In this document: positions 1-9,171 of the stretch, piece after piece
Position numbering within the stretch: position 1 is the stretch's first letter
Layout: every line of letters begins with the position of its first letter
From: Candidatus Niyogibacteria bacterium CG10_big_fil_rev_8_21_14_0_10_46_36
Lineage (GTDB): Bacteria; Patescibacteriota; Minisyncoccia; 1-14-0-10-42-19
Direction of reading: 5' to 3'
NCBI GenBank assembly: GCA_002772995.1
Contig: PFCO01000009.1
Location: 22,876 to 86,875, forward strand
Length of the DNA stretch: 64,000 nucleotides
Position numbers and translations under genes: made by a program
Notes under the pieces: model-generated
Databases searched by the model: none
The model's input: only the letters and a program-made list of their open reading frames with translations
Told to the model about the DNA's origin: nothing

Positions 1-689
1 TGCGCAGGGATAATGCCTATGCGATATCCAAAAAGACGTGACATCGCAAGCACCTCAATATCAAAACCAAATCCCGTTATCTTCATCTGCGAAAAAATCT
101 GTTCCGCCGCAAAATTACGGAATGCCTTAAAGCCGCACTGCGTATCCCAAATACCACGCACCGCAACTATCTGAATAAATATATTCCCCATATCTCCCAA
201 AAGACGCTTATGGAACGGCTGGGCGACTGCCTGTGTCGCCCCCTCCGCATCACGCTCTTCACGGGAACAAATAACAACTTCATATCCGTCGTCAAACAGA
301 GGCCGCATTTTTTCAAAATGAGAAATATCTGTCGCGTTGTCAGCATCCATAAAAAGCCGTATCTTGCCTGAGGCTGCAAGCATGCCGACACGGACCGAGT
401 CCCCCTTCCCGCGATTCACCGGCACATTAATAACATTGAGATGGGGAACATCTTTTTTCATAGACTCAACAACCCCCACCGTATTATCCGTTGACTTGCT
501 CGAAACAACGATAATTTCGTAGTTGTAGCTTTTCTGCTTTAAGTAATCGGCAGTCTCCCGAAGTGTTTTTGGTAAACGTTTTTCTTCGTTGTATGCCGGG
601 ATAATAATAGAAAGATACACGTCTTTTTTTATTAAAAGCGATTTGGGCACAAAGGAAGGTTTTGGGCGTGTAAGCGTAACTCCGTCCAT
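1..689 (-). CDS. Glycosyltransferase family 2 (dolichyl-phosphate glucosyltransferase-like), 3' end beyond window edge
   Basis: Manual translation from ATG 689: ...LSIIIPAYNEEKRL...NRGKG...LFMDAD...DTQCGFKAF, typical GT2/DPM motifs; absent from the ORF track because it runs off the window. Confidence 0.88.
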   Translation of the reverse strand, partial: MDGVTLTRPKPSFVPKSLLIKKDVYLSIIIPAYNEEKRLPKTLRETADYLKQKSYNYEIIVVSSKSTDNTVGVVESMKKDVPHLNVINVPVNRGKGDSVRVGMLAASGKIRLFMDADNATDISHFEKMRPLFDDGYEVVICSREERDAEGATQAVAQPFHKRLLGDMGNIFIQIVAVRGIWDTQCGFKAFRNFAAEQIFSQMKITGFGFDIEVLAMSRLFGYRIGIIPA

Positions 690-696
690 GATAATA

Positions 697-1125
697 TTAT
701 ACTTCAGGAATATCTTTTATGTCTTTCCCCGTCTTTTGGTTCCGCCTGTCCAAAAAACTTTGGAGTATCAGTGCTGCAGCAGATGCATCGGTCTTGTGGG
801 GAGGCGCAGCGCCCGACGATTGCACTGCCCGCGAGGTAAAACTTTCGTTCTCAAAATGAATAGGCAAATTAAAAAACTCCTTAAGATGCAAAACGAACTC
901 GCGGACATGCCTGCTCATGTCGCTCTCATCCCCCTCAAGAGTCAAGGGAAGGCCAATGACTATCTCCGCGATTGTTTCTTTTGCAAGAATATCAGCAATG
1001 ACGTCTTTGATGCCAGGCCATGCGCTCGGGTACACCCCCTTTGGGAAGGCAACCTTATGCCCTTCATCAGAGAGCGCTAGGCCTGCTTTTCGCAGGCCAT
1101 AATCTATGCCTAAGATACGTGACAT
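697..1125 (-). CDS. ruvX: YqgF/RuvX family Holliday-junction resolvase-like / pre-16S rRNA nuclease
   Basis: ILGIDYG..K.GLALSD, IVIGLP, ENESFTS, DASAAALILQSFL; ATG 1125 lies 6 nt after TACAAT. Confidence 0.92.
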   Translation of the reverse strand: MSRILGIDYGLRKAGLALSDEGHKVAFPKGVYPSAWPGIKDVIADILAKETIAEIVIGLPLTLEGDESDMSRHVREFVLHLKEFFNLPIHFENESFTSRAVQSSGAAPPHKTDASAAALILQSFLDRRNQKTGKDIKDIPEV

Positions 1126-1172
1126 TGCTTTATTGTAACACACCGCAACAAAAAAACCCGCTCTGCGGGTTT

Positions 1173-1931
1173 TTATTCTATAGTAAGAATTTCATATCCG
1201 TCCTCTGTAACGAGAACAGTATGTTCAAAATGCGCTGCGCGCGAACCGTCTTTTGTGCTGATAGTCCATCCGTCCGGATGAGTGATGATATCTTCTCCAT
1301 TTTCAGTAATCATGGGTTCGATTGCTATTACCATACCCGCCTCCAACCGATCCCCGGTCCCCGCTTTCCCAAAATTAGGAATTTGTGGGTCTTCATGAAG
1401 CGAATAGCCAACGCCATGCCCCACTAATTCCCTGATAATGCCATACTTGAAAGGCGTTATGTGCATTTCTATCGCAGAACCGATGTCGCCGACATGTCCG
1501 CCCCCATGGATTGCTTCTATCCCCTTCATAAGTGCCTGCTCAGTCGCCTGAAGAAGCTTTTTTGCGGCAGCATCTCCCGCTCCTACAATGACGCTTTTTG
1601 CCATATCGGCAATAAGCCCGCCATATACAAGACCCATATCAACGCTTACAATGTCTCCTTCACTGAATATTTTTTCCTTTGTCGGTATGCCATGCACAAT
1701 CTCATCATTTATTGATACGCAGATGGCAGCAGGGAATGGAGAGCTATCTCCCGCATACCCCTTGAACGCGGGGATCCCTCCAGTGCGTTTCATTTCTTCT
1801 TCGGCTATGCTATCAAGCTCTTGCGCTGACATTCCCGAATTGATTGAAGAAAGCACATGCGTCATAACATGTGCTAATTTGTTTCCGCATGCGCGAAGAA
1901 CGGCTATGTCTTTTTCTGATTTTACACTCAT
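1173..1931 (-). CDS. map: Methionine aminopeptidase type I
   Basis: SINDEIVHGIP, DMG..D, GHGVG..LHEDP, IEPM, AAHFEHT; follows secY-adk. Confidence 0.97.
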   Translation of the reverse strand: MSVKSEKDIAVLRACGNKLAHVMTHVLSSINSGMSAQELDSIAEEEMKRTGGIPAFKGYAGDSSPFPAAICVSINDEIVHGIPTKEKIFSEGDIVSVDMGLVYGGLIADMAKSVIVGAGDAAAKKLLQATEQALMKGIEAIHGGGHVGDIGSAIEMHITPFKYGIIRELVGHGVGYSLHEDPQIPNFGKAGTGDRLEAGMVIAIEPMITENGEDIITHPDGWTISTKDGSRAAHFEHTVLVTEDGYEILTIE

Positions 1932-2530
1932 AGGCCGATGGCTTTCTTTAAGTCTTTGTGTATCTGTTGCGGGTCGCGGGGGTTACCGTCGAGCTCAATA
2001 AGTGCATTCTTGCTTTCGGTGCGGAAATATTCAATCGCAGGCCCCACCTCTCTTTCAAACCAACTCAATCGCTTTGCAATCGTCTCGTCGTTATCATCAG
2101 CACGTCCGCGCTCTTTGAGGCGCCTGCCTGCTTCATCCGAAGCAACATTCAAATATACCGGGTACACCCGTGTGATGCCATAAAATGAAAAAGCGTCATC
2201 CAAAAATTGCGACTCCATGCGCGTTCGCGGAGAGCTGCTTAAAATAATATGCTGACCCTCTTCCAGGTCAGCTATAAAACTCTGGCCCCACGCCCACACC
2301 GCAAGAAAGTCCGGCGCTTTTGCGCCTACATCCATAACTTTTTCCTTTATTTCGCGTGCAGTATATGTGCCAAGCCGCATAGCATTACGGAGCTTTTCTC
2401 CCGTATATATATATAACACCTTTCCAGATGTCTCAAGCGCTTTTTGCAGAAGATCCGCTTGCGTATCCTTCCCGGAACCGGGAAGACCCATAAACATAAC
2501 TGCGATAGCGTCTGTGTGTTTGCTCTGCAT
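1928..2530 (-). CDS. adk: Adenylate/nucleoside monophosphate kinase, short lid-less type
   Basis: P-loop GLPGSGKDTQA, SPRT, RGRADD..RL; sits between secY and map. Confidence 0.85.
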   Translation of the reverse strand: MQSKHTDAIAVMFMGLPGSGKDTQADLLQKALETSGKVLYIYTGEKLRNAMRLGTYTAREIKEKVMDVGAKAPDFLAVWAWGQSFIADLEEGQHIILSSSPRTRMESQFLDDAFSFYGITRVYPVYLNVASDEAGRRLKERGRADDNDETIAKRLSWFEREVGPAIEYFRTESKNALIELDGNPRDPQQIHKDLKKAIGL

Positions 2531-2576
2531 AATATCTCCCCTTTAGTATACTATCAAAAAACTATTTTTGCTTTTC

Positions 2577-3848
2577 TTAATATTCCCGCATTACGAGCTG
2601 GGAGTCAATTTGTTTTATAGTTTCAAGCACCACCGATACGACAATCAGAAGACCCGTGCCGCCAATGGTGAGCGCAACAATACCCGTTGCGATTTGCATA
2701 AGCACCGGCAATACAGCAATAAGACCGAGAAAGATGGCGCCGAAAAGCGTTATGCGATTAATAATCTTATAGAGAAACGCTGCCGTAGGCGCGCCCGGAC
2801 GGATTCCCGGGATAAACGCTCCTTGTTTTTGAAGATTTGTCGCAATGGATTCCGGATCGAATGTTACCGCAGTATAAAAATAGGTAAACGCGAACACGAA
2901 TAAGAAATACAGCGCCGCATATATCCATGTCGTATTCAAGAACGCAAGAAACACATTTGAAAGATTTTGGATAAGCGCATTTTGGGAACCCGCAAGAAAG
3001 TTAACGATCATTTGCGGAAACAATAAGATAGAGAGCGCGAAAATGATAGGAATAACTCCTGCCTGGTTCACGCGAATCGGCAAATATGTAGACACTCCTC
3101 CGTATACACGCATACCGCGGATGCGCTTCGCATACGAAACAGGAATTGGCCGCTGGCCTTCAGTGATAAATACAGTGCCCGCGACAATAATAACCGCAAC
3201 AACAATAAATCCGATTACGAGGGGAATCTGGGAAGGGTCAAATGTAAAAATAATCTGGCTCGCAGCGCTTGGGATGCCTGCAACGATACCCGCAAAAATG
3301 AGAATGGAGATACCGTTTCCTATTCCCTTCTCGGTAATAAGTTCTCCGAGCCACATCAAAAGGACCGATGCAGCGATCACAATAGTAACATTAAACAAAA
3401 GGCCGAATATACTTAATTCCCCCAATATGCCCTGCCTGCCCAATAAAGACAAAAGGCCGAACGCCTGAACAGCGGCCAACGGGACGGTAAGCAGGCGGGA
3501 ATACTGATTGAATTTCTGGCGTCCCGCTTCTCCTTCTTCCTGATACATTTCTTTCAGGCTTGGAAATATCATGGTCAAAAGCTGCATGATAATGGATGCC
3601 GTAATATACGGTGCTACTCCAAGCATCATAACCGAAAGATTATCAAGCGTGCCTCCGGAAAAAATGTTCAACAAACCAAAAAACTGGTTTCCCGCAAAAA
3701 ATTCCTGAAGACGCGCTGCATCAACTCCGGGAATAGGAATCGCAGCCCCTACGCGAAATAACGCAAGAATAAACAAGACAAACAGTATTTTGCCTCGCAA
3801 ATCAGCATCCTTTGCGATAAGTTTGAATTTTTGAAACCACATGAACAT
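2577..3848 (-). CDS. secY: Preprotein translocase subunit SecY
   Basis: LGVAPYITASIIMQLL, GIGNGISILIFAGI, AGVIPIIFA, IPGIRPG, GGTGLLIVV. Confidence 0.99.
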   Translation of the reverse strand: MFMWFQKFKLIAKDADLRGKILFVLFILALFRVGAAIPIPGVDAARLQEFFAGNQFFGLLNIFSGGTLDNLSVMMLGVAPYITASIIMQLLTMIFPSLKEMYQEEGEAGRQKFNQYSRLLTVPLAAVQAFGLLSLLGRQGILGELSIFGLLFNVTIVIAASVLLMWLGELITEKGIGNGISILIFAGIVAGIPSAASQIIFTFDPSQIPLVIGFIVVAVIIVAGTVFITEGQRPIPVSYAKRIRGMRVYGGVSTYLPIRVNQAGVIPIIFALSILLFPQMIVNFLAGSQNALIQNLSNVFLAFLNTTWIYAALYFLFVFAFTYFYTAVTFDPESIATNLQKQGAFIPGIRPGAPTAAFLYKIINRITLFGAIFLGLIAVLPVLMQIATGIVALTIGGTGLLIVVSVVLETIKQIDSQLVMREY

Positions 3849-4288
3849 TATGTTTCACTCCGAACTACTTTCCCTCCCGCTTTTTCTATCTGCGCTTTTG
3901 CACCTTTTGATATCTGACAATCTTTTACCAATAGCTTTTTTGTTATTTTCCCTGAACCAAGTAATTTTACTGTCGGGAATATATTGCCACGCACCTTAAC
4001 AAGCCCACGGGATGCTAAAAGCTTCGGTGTTACTGTTTCTCCATCCTTCATGTTCTTTTCAAGCATCCCTAAAGATACTTCGGCTGTTTCTTTTTGAATG
4101 CTCTTCATGCGATACCCGCGCTTTTTCGGAAGCTTTTTAATAATATCACGAAATTCCGGGCGAAGTTTTCGTCCTGCGCGCGCCTTCTGCCCCTTAAGTC
4201 CGCGGCCCGAATAGGTGCCGCGCTTTCCGCCGCGCCCAACGCGTTTCTTCGTTTTTCGTTTTGGTGCTGTAAGAGTATGAAATTGCAT
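3848..4288 (-). CDS. rplO: 50S ribosomal protein uL15
   Basis: RVGRGGKRGTYSGRG.KGQKAR, KLLGSG, AKAQIEKAGG. Confidence 0.97.
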   Translation of the reverse strand: MQFHTLTAPKRKTKKRVGRGGKRGTYSGRGLKGQKARAGRKLRPEFRDIIKKLPKKRGYRMKSIQKETAEVSLGMLEKNMKDGETVTPKLLASRGLVKVRGNIFPTVKLLGSGKITKKLLVKDCQISKGAKAQIEKAGGKVVRSET

Positions 4289-4293
4289 AATAT

Positions 4294-4788
4294 TTATTTC
4301 TTGTTCAGCTGCTCAAGCGCCTTAATGGCTGCACGTGCGTTATTTATCTTATTTTTTGTGCGAGAAAATAATTTTGCCGTTGCGTTTTGCACGCCCGCAA
4401 AATCAAGAACCGTTCGCACTGCTGAGCCTGCAACAAGGCCGCTCCCACCGGGCGCACGGCGAATAAGCACATGCGCGCTTGCGAATTTCGCTTCAACGTC
4501 ATGCGGAACAGAGTGATCCTTAGTAAGCGGAACGAGGATAGCGTTTTTCTTTGCATTCCGGAATGCTTTATCCATAGCAAGCGCCGTATCGGCGCCCTTC
4601 CCGACGCCAATTCCCACCTTCCCCTTACGGTTTCCGGCAATAATTGCCGCGCGGAAGCTAAACCGCCGTCCTCCGGCTTCTACGCGGGCAACACGGCGAA
4701 GATCAACCATCTTTTGTTCAAATTCGGGTGGTTCGCGGAACTGCCTCCGTTCGCCCCGTCTTTGATTTTTATAGGTTTTTAGAGCCAT
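4294..4788 (-). CDS. rpsE: 30S ribosomal protein uS5
   Basis: RVARVEAGGRRFSF, GKVGIGVGK, APGGSGLVAG; likely start MALKT at 4788. Confidence 0.97.
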   Translation of the reverse strand: MALKTYKNQRRGERRQFREPPEFEQKMVDLRRVARVEAGGRRFSFRAAIIAGNRKGKVGIGVGKGADTALAMDKAFRNAKKNAILVPLTKDHSVPHDVEAKFASAHVLIRRAPGGSGLVAGSAVRTVLDFAGVQNATAKLFSRTKNKINNARAAIKALEQLNKK

Positions 4789-4803
4789 AAATAGTATTTT
4801 CCC

Positions 4804-4832
4804 ATAGTAGTGGAACAGCCGGGAAAAATCAA
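4804..4832 (-). promoter_or_regulatory. sigma70-type promoter for the rpsE-rplO-secY fragment
   Basis: Minus strand TTGATT-N17-TACTAT, just downstream of the upstream gene's terminator. Confidence 0.55.
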
Positions 4833-4843
4833 TACTAAAACAT

Positions 4844-4869
4844 AAAAAACGGCTCAAAAAGAGCCGTTT
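4844..4869 (-). terminator. Intrinsic terminator after the lipoprotein gene
   Basis: AAACGGCTC-aaaaa-GAGCCGTTT hairpin followed by a U-tract on the minus strand. Confidence 0.7.
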
Positions 4870-4879
4870 CTGCTGTACG

Positions 4880-5482
4880 TTAAAAGAACAGTAATTTCAT
4901 CAAAATAAAGCCTGCGCCAAAGGTGGCATATTTCGGGTCGCGTTCAATGGTTAGCTTTTTAATATGCGGGGTGCTTTTCCAGATAGAATGAACTACCCTG
5001 TCCCCCTTCACAACAAATGTGAAAGAGGCGTCCCATCCTTCGGTTTCTGTTATGACCTTCAGCCGCGAATAATGAAGGATAAAATTACCCTTTCCGCGTA
5101 ATGTTATGTCCTTGCGCCTTATTTCGTAACCGTAACACTTGCCCGGGATTGTTTCATCCAAACACTCAAGTATACCATTCGGAACATATTTTAAACCCTG
5201 CTCGGAAGAAAAGACATTCGCAGGGAGGAAGATATTCTGGATATCAACATGAGACAGCTTCGTGCAGTTTTGCGCTGTATCGGGATCAAATCCGTTTTTT
5301 CTAAGGTCATCGATAGTAGTAACACCGTTATGAATAGTGCCATAAAATTCCTTTATCTGATTATGGGATTCCCAGTTACCGTCTTCTATTTCCTGCTTTA
5401 CCGGCATCATCCTTCCTGCGCATCCAAAACTCATAAGTACGCATATGCTTAACACACACAACACTACTGTCCGTATCATCAT
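4880..5482 (-). CDS. Hypothetical lipoprotein
   Basis: Hydrophobic signal with lipobox-like SFGC; GAGGTG SD upstream; C-terminal hydrophobic tail. Confidence 0.75.
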   Translation of the reverse strand: MMIRTVVLCVLSICVLMSFGCAGRMMPVKQEIEDGNWESHNQIKEFYGTIHNGVTTIDDLRKNGFDPDTAQNCTKLSHVDIQNIFLPANVFSSEQGLKYVPNGILECLDETIPGKCYGYEIRRKDITLRGKGNFILHYSRLKVITETEGWDASFTFVVKGDRVVHSIWKSTPHIKKLTIERDPKYATFGAGFILMKLLFF

Positions 5483-5656
5483 AATATGTCACCTCTTTCC
5501 CCGTGCATTCACGCGGCATATTGTAAAAAACCGTTTCCTAGCACAATATCACATTCTTCCCACATGGTCGATATAACGAAATATGTTACGCCATACTTAT
5601 TTTAAAAATCAAATTATTAGACATCGCGCAACAAAACGGGGTATTCTAAATGATAT

Positions 5657-6034
5657 ATGGCCTTACATCCTACGCTTCTTCTTGTCGGCGGCTCAACCGA
5701 ACTCAAGCGTTTTATCTCGCTTTTCCATGAGGCAGGTTTTTCTATTGTGACCGCGGAACGCATTGGAGAAGCGCTTGCAACAACAAAAAAAATGCGCATC
5801 CAAGGAATTGTGTTCATCATTCCGGTATATTGGGAGCCGATTACGCGTTTTATCGAACAGGTGCGCACTATAAAAGGATACGCCGAAGACCAGGTTCCAA
5901 TTTTTTACCTCGGAAAGCTCATTGAGGGGGAAGATCAGCGGATTCTTCAGCGATACGGCGTAAAAACGGTAACACTCGGACCTGTCCCTGATTCGGAACT
6001 TGCACGCTACATCATCAATCAAATACGGTTCTAA
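5657..6034 (+). CDS. Degenerate CheY-like (pseudo-receiver) domain protein
   Basis: 125 aa with receiver-like pattern (LLLVGG...AGFSIVTA...EAL...IVFII...VPIFYL...GV....GPV...EL) but lacking the acidic pocket. Confidence 0.6.
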   Translation: MALHPTLLLVGGSTELKRFISLFHEAGFSIVTAERIGEALATTKKMRIQGIVFIIPVYWEPITRFIEQVRTIKGYAEDQVPIFYLGKLIEGEDQRILQRYGVKTVTLGPVPDSELARYIINQIRF

Positions 6035-6037
6035 TAG

Positions 6038-6062
6038 AAAATCCCGCGTAGTGCGGGATTTT
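6038..6062. terminator. Bidirectional intrinsic terminator
   Basis: AAAATCCCGC-gtagt-GCGGGATTTT between convergent genes. Confidence 0.75.
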
Positions 6063-6487
6063 TATTTTTTACGGATGCGTTTTGGTTTGCTTTTTCGTTT
6101 TTGCCTGCTCTTTTCTTTGGTTATTTTGTCATAGCACTCACGAAGATGCGGGGCATGTTTTTTCAGCAAGTGCGGCAATAGGTAATGCGCTTCAATATGT
6201 CTCGCCATATTCCGAAGCTCTTTCACGGAATGTTTTTTCAAATAAGAAGATTCTCTTTGCAATACCACTTCTTCTTCTTTGAGAGAATCCATCGGGAGAT
6301 TCGCTCCTTCGGCATGATACCACTCGTGCACATAGGTCATAACCAAAAACAATTCTATATTCAGATTGAATACATCGCGCTTATCGGCATTGTCTGTGGG
6401 CAGATACTCTCCCCAGTCCCTTTTATTGATCCACGGAAACCGTATCTCATGATCTCCCTCTGCAAGCGATTGCTGCACTTTATCCAC
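6062..6487 (-). CDS. Hypothetical protein with HExxH motif (possible small zincin)
   Basis: GGAGG SD before GTG; YVHEWYH followed by an acidic helix; basic C-terminal tail. Confidence 0.6.
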   Translation of the reverse strand: MDKVQQSLAEGDHEIRFPWINKRDWGEYLPTDNADKRDVFNLNIELFLVMTYVHEWYHAEGANLPMDSLKEEEVVLQRESSYLKKHSVKELRNMARHIEAHYLLPHLLKKHAPHLRECYDKITKEKSRQKRKSKPKRIRKK

Positions 6488-6603
6488 TACGCACCTCCGG
6501 TATGTAAAAGAATAAAACTATACTTTTATTTTATCACGACACAAAAAAGAAACGGTTAAAAAAAATATGTTTAACCATAAAATAGAGAGAGAATCAAATT
6601 TTG

Positions 6604-6674
6604 TGGACCTAGGGAGAATCGAACTCCCACCTCCTCCATGCCATGGAGGCGTTCTGCCACTATACTATAGGCCC
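6604..6674 (-). tRNA. tRNA-Ala(GGC)
   Basis: GGGCCTA...CCTCCA-TGGCA-TGGAGG...GTTCGATTC...TAGGTCCA; G3:U70 pair; CCA not encoded. Confidence 0.95.
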
Positions 6675-6721
6675 ATTTTTTAATTCTTGGTCCCTGACTA
6701 TCGCTTTTATAATCCGGCCGC

Positions 6722-7888
6722 TTACATCCCAACAGCACTACGCAATTCTTTTATCTTATTTGTCTTTTCCCATGGCAAATCAAGATCGGTGCGTCCAAAA
6801 TGACCGTAGGCGGCAACTTTTTTATATATAGGACGGCGGAGCCCAAGATGTTTAATTATCATTCCCGGGCGAAGATCAAATACTTTGTTTATCGTGCGGG
6901 AAATTTTCTCATCCGACACAATACCGGTGCCGTATGTATTTACCGCTACTGCGAGCGGACGCGCAACGCCAATGACATAAGCAAGGCGGACTTCTGCGCG
7001 TTTTGCCAAGCCCGCAGCAACGATATTTTTTGCAACCCAGCGGGCAGCGTAACTGCCCGAACGGTCCACCTTGGTCGGATCCTTCCCGGAAAATGCTCCT
7101 CCGCCGTGCGACGCCATGCCGCCGTAAGTATCTACAATTATTTTTCTTCCCGTAAGACCGGAGTCGGCCTGCGGTCCCCCGATAACAAACCGTCCTGTTG
7201 CGTTAATAAAGTATTTCGTACTTGTATCAAGTAATTTTTTGGGGATGACTTTTTCTATTACTTCGCGTTTGATGTCTTTACGGAGCGTTGCCATATCTAC
7301 TTCGGGATTATGCTGAGCAGCAATAACGACATTTGTAATATGTTTTGCTTTTCCGTTCTCATATTCAACAGTAACCTGTGATTTTCCGTCGGGACGCAAA
7401 TACGGAAGCGTTCCGTTCTTGCGGACCTGTGCTAAGCGCTTTGTTAATTTGTGCGCAAGCGATATGGGAAGTGGCATAAGTTCTTTTGTTTCGTCGGTTG
7501 CGTACCCGAACATAATACCCTGATCCCCCGCACCCAGCTTCTCCAATTCTTCTTTCTCCGAAAGCCTCCCTACACCCTGCGCAATGTCAGGAGATTGTTC
7601 CTGAATAGTCGTTGTCACCCCGCAGTTTGCATAATGAAACCCAAAATCAGGATGCGTGTATCCAATATCTTTTACGGTCTTGCGCGCGACACCCACAATA
7701 TCAACATAGCAAGATGTTGTAATCTCACCTGCAATAAATAACGCGCCGTTTGCAGCCATTGTTTCGGCCGCTACCCGCCCGCGCGGGTCTTTCTCTAACA
7801 CCGCATCTAAAATAGCATCGGACACCTGATCGCAAATTTTATCCGGATGACCCTCGGTTACTGATTCTGAAGTAAAATATTCTTTCAT
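6722..7888 (-). CDS. metK: S-adenosylmethionine synthetase
   Basis: [42 protein letters not shown]. Confidence 0.99.
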   Translation of the reverse strand: MKEYFTSESVTEGHPDKICDQVSDAILDAVLEKDPRGRVAAETMAANGALFIAGEITTSCYVDIVGVARKTVKDIGYTHPDFGFHYANCGVTTTIQEQSPDIAQGVGRLSEKEELEKLGAGDQGIMFGYATDETKELMPLPISLAHKLTKRLAQVRKNGTLPYLRPDGKSQVTVEYENGKAKHITNVVIAAQHNPEVDMATLRKDIKREVIEKVIPKKLLDTSTKYFINATGRFVIGGPQADSGLTGRKIIVDTYGGMASHGGGAFSGKDPTKVDRSGSYAARWVAKNIVAAGLAKRAEVRLAYVIGVARPLAVAVNTYGTGIVSDEKISRTINKVFDLRPGMIIKHLGLRRPIYKKVAAYGHFGRTDLDLPWEKTNKIKELRSAVGM

Positions 7889-7914
7889 GTATTATTTATT
7901 ACAATATATAATTG

Positions 7915-7986
7915 TCTCCCTGGAGGGAATTGAACCCCCATCTCTCCCTTAGGACGGGATTGCTCTATCCGTTGAGCTACAGGGAG
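7915..7986 (-). tRNA. tRNA-Arg(CCT)
   Basis: CTCCCTGTAGCTCAACGGATAGAGC...TCCTAA...GGTTCAATTCC...CAGGGAGA cloverleaf. Confidence 0.93.
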
Positions 7987-8036
7987 GAACGCGGGAGCTT
8001 GCATGACACTCTCAAGTACCATACTATAATAGTAAT

Positions 8037-9125
8037 ATGGATTATCAAGCGCAAGTGATTAATGCAATAAAAAAAGTGCTGCCTGCGGTCGTCAGCATCA
8101 CCGTATCAAAGGATATGGCGGATATCACGCGCGAACTTCCTTTTGATATTGAGAGTCTCAATCCCTACGACCAGGAAATACTCAAAGAGCGCATGCGCCA
8201 AGCCCCAAAAGACGAGCATGGCCGTATTAAGGTAGGGGGCGGTTCGGGGTTCTTGGTGTCCGCGGATGGCGTGATACTCACCAATAAGCACGTTATCATG
8301 GACCCGCATGCGTCATACTCTGTACTTGCATCAAATGGAAAAAAGTACGACACAAAAGTGATTTCATACGATCCGATAAACGATATCGCGATACTAAAAA
8401 TAGATGACAAGCGTCTCCCGACGATTTCTTTAAACGCAACAGGGGAGATAGAGCTCGGTCAGTCAGTCATCGCTATCGGAAACGCACTCGGAGAATTCGC
8501 AAATTCCGTATCGACCGGTGTTGTTTCGGGATTATCACGCCTCATCAATGCCACCACCGACATGATGGGCCATCAAGAAAAACTTCGCGGCCTTATCCAA
8601 ACAGACGCAGCAATAAACCCGGGCAACTCCGGAGGTCCGCTTATTAATTTAAATGGAGAAGCAGTCGGCATTAATGTCGCGGTTGTCTTTGGCGCACAAA
8701 ATATCGGCTTTGCCATTCCGGTTGCTCGTGCCATAAAAGACCTGGAAGAGATAAAGTCGTATGGGCGCATCCGGCGGCCCTTTATCGGTGTGCGCTATGT
8801 GACTCTTAATAAAGCCCTCCAGGAGCATTTCCGCCTACCCGTAGACCACGGCGCCCTCGTTATCAACGAAGGGGCACCGGGAGATGTCGCAGTCATTCCG
8901 GGAAGTCCGGCAGAAAAAGCGGGTCTTCGCGAATTTGATGTTATTCTCTCCTGCGAAGGTAAATCCATTAATGAAGAAACGACCCTGGAGGATCATCTTT
9001 CGGATTCAAATATAGGCGAAACTCACAAATTGACGGTCTTTCGCAAAGGGAAAGAACACGAAGTACAACTTACACTTGAAGAATATAAGGTGCCCGCCCC
9101 TCCAATGGAAACAAAAGAACTCTAA
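8037..9125 (+). CDS. HtrA/DegP-like trypsin serine protease with one PDZ domain
   Basis: GSGF, TNKHV, DIAIL, IQTDAAINPGNSGGPL, PGSPAEKAGL; no N-terminal signal or TM segment visible. Confidence 0.95.
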   Translation: MDYQAQVINAIKKVLPAVVSITVSKDMADITRELPFDIESLNPYDQEILKERMRQAPKDEHGRIKVGGGSGFLVSADGVILTNKHVIMDPHASYSVLASNGKKYDTKVISYDPINDIAILKIDDKRLPTISLNATGEIELGQSVIAIGNALGEFANSVSTGVVSGLSRLINATTDMMGHQEKLRGLIQTDAAINPGNSGGPLINLNGEAVGINVAVVFGAQNIGFAIPVARAIKDLEEIKSYGRIRRPFIGVRYVTLNKALQEHFRLPVDHGALVINEGAPGDVAVIPGSPAEKAGLREFDVILSCEGKSINEETTLEDHLSDSNIGETHKLTVFRKGKEHEVQLTLEEYKVPAPPMETKEL

Positions 9126-9131
9126 ATAACA

Positions 9132-9161
9132 AAAACGGAGCGATATATATCGCTCCGTTTT
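9132..9161. terminator. Perfect 30-bp palindrome, bidirectional terminator
   Basis: AAAACGGAGCGATATATATCGCTCCGTTTT between convergent genes. Confidence 0.8.
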
Positions 9162-9171
9162 GCTTTGCGTG

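Noticed and set aside
7889-7914. SAM riboswitch upstream of metK
   Set aside because: Only 26 AT-rich nt separate tRNA-Arg from metK
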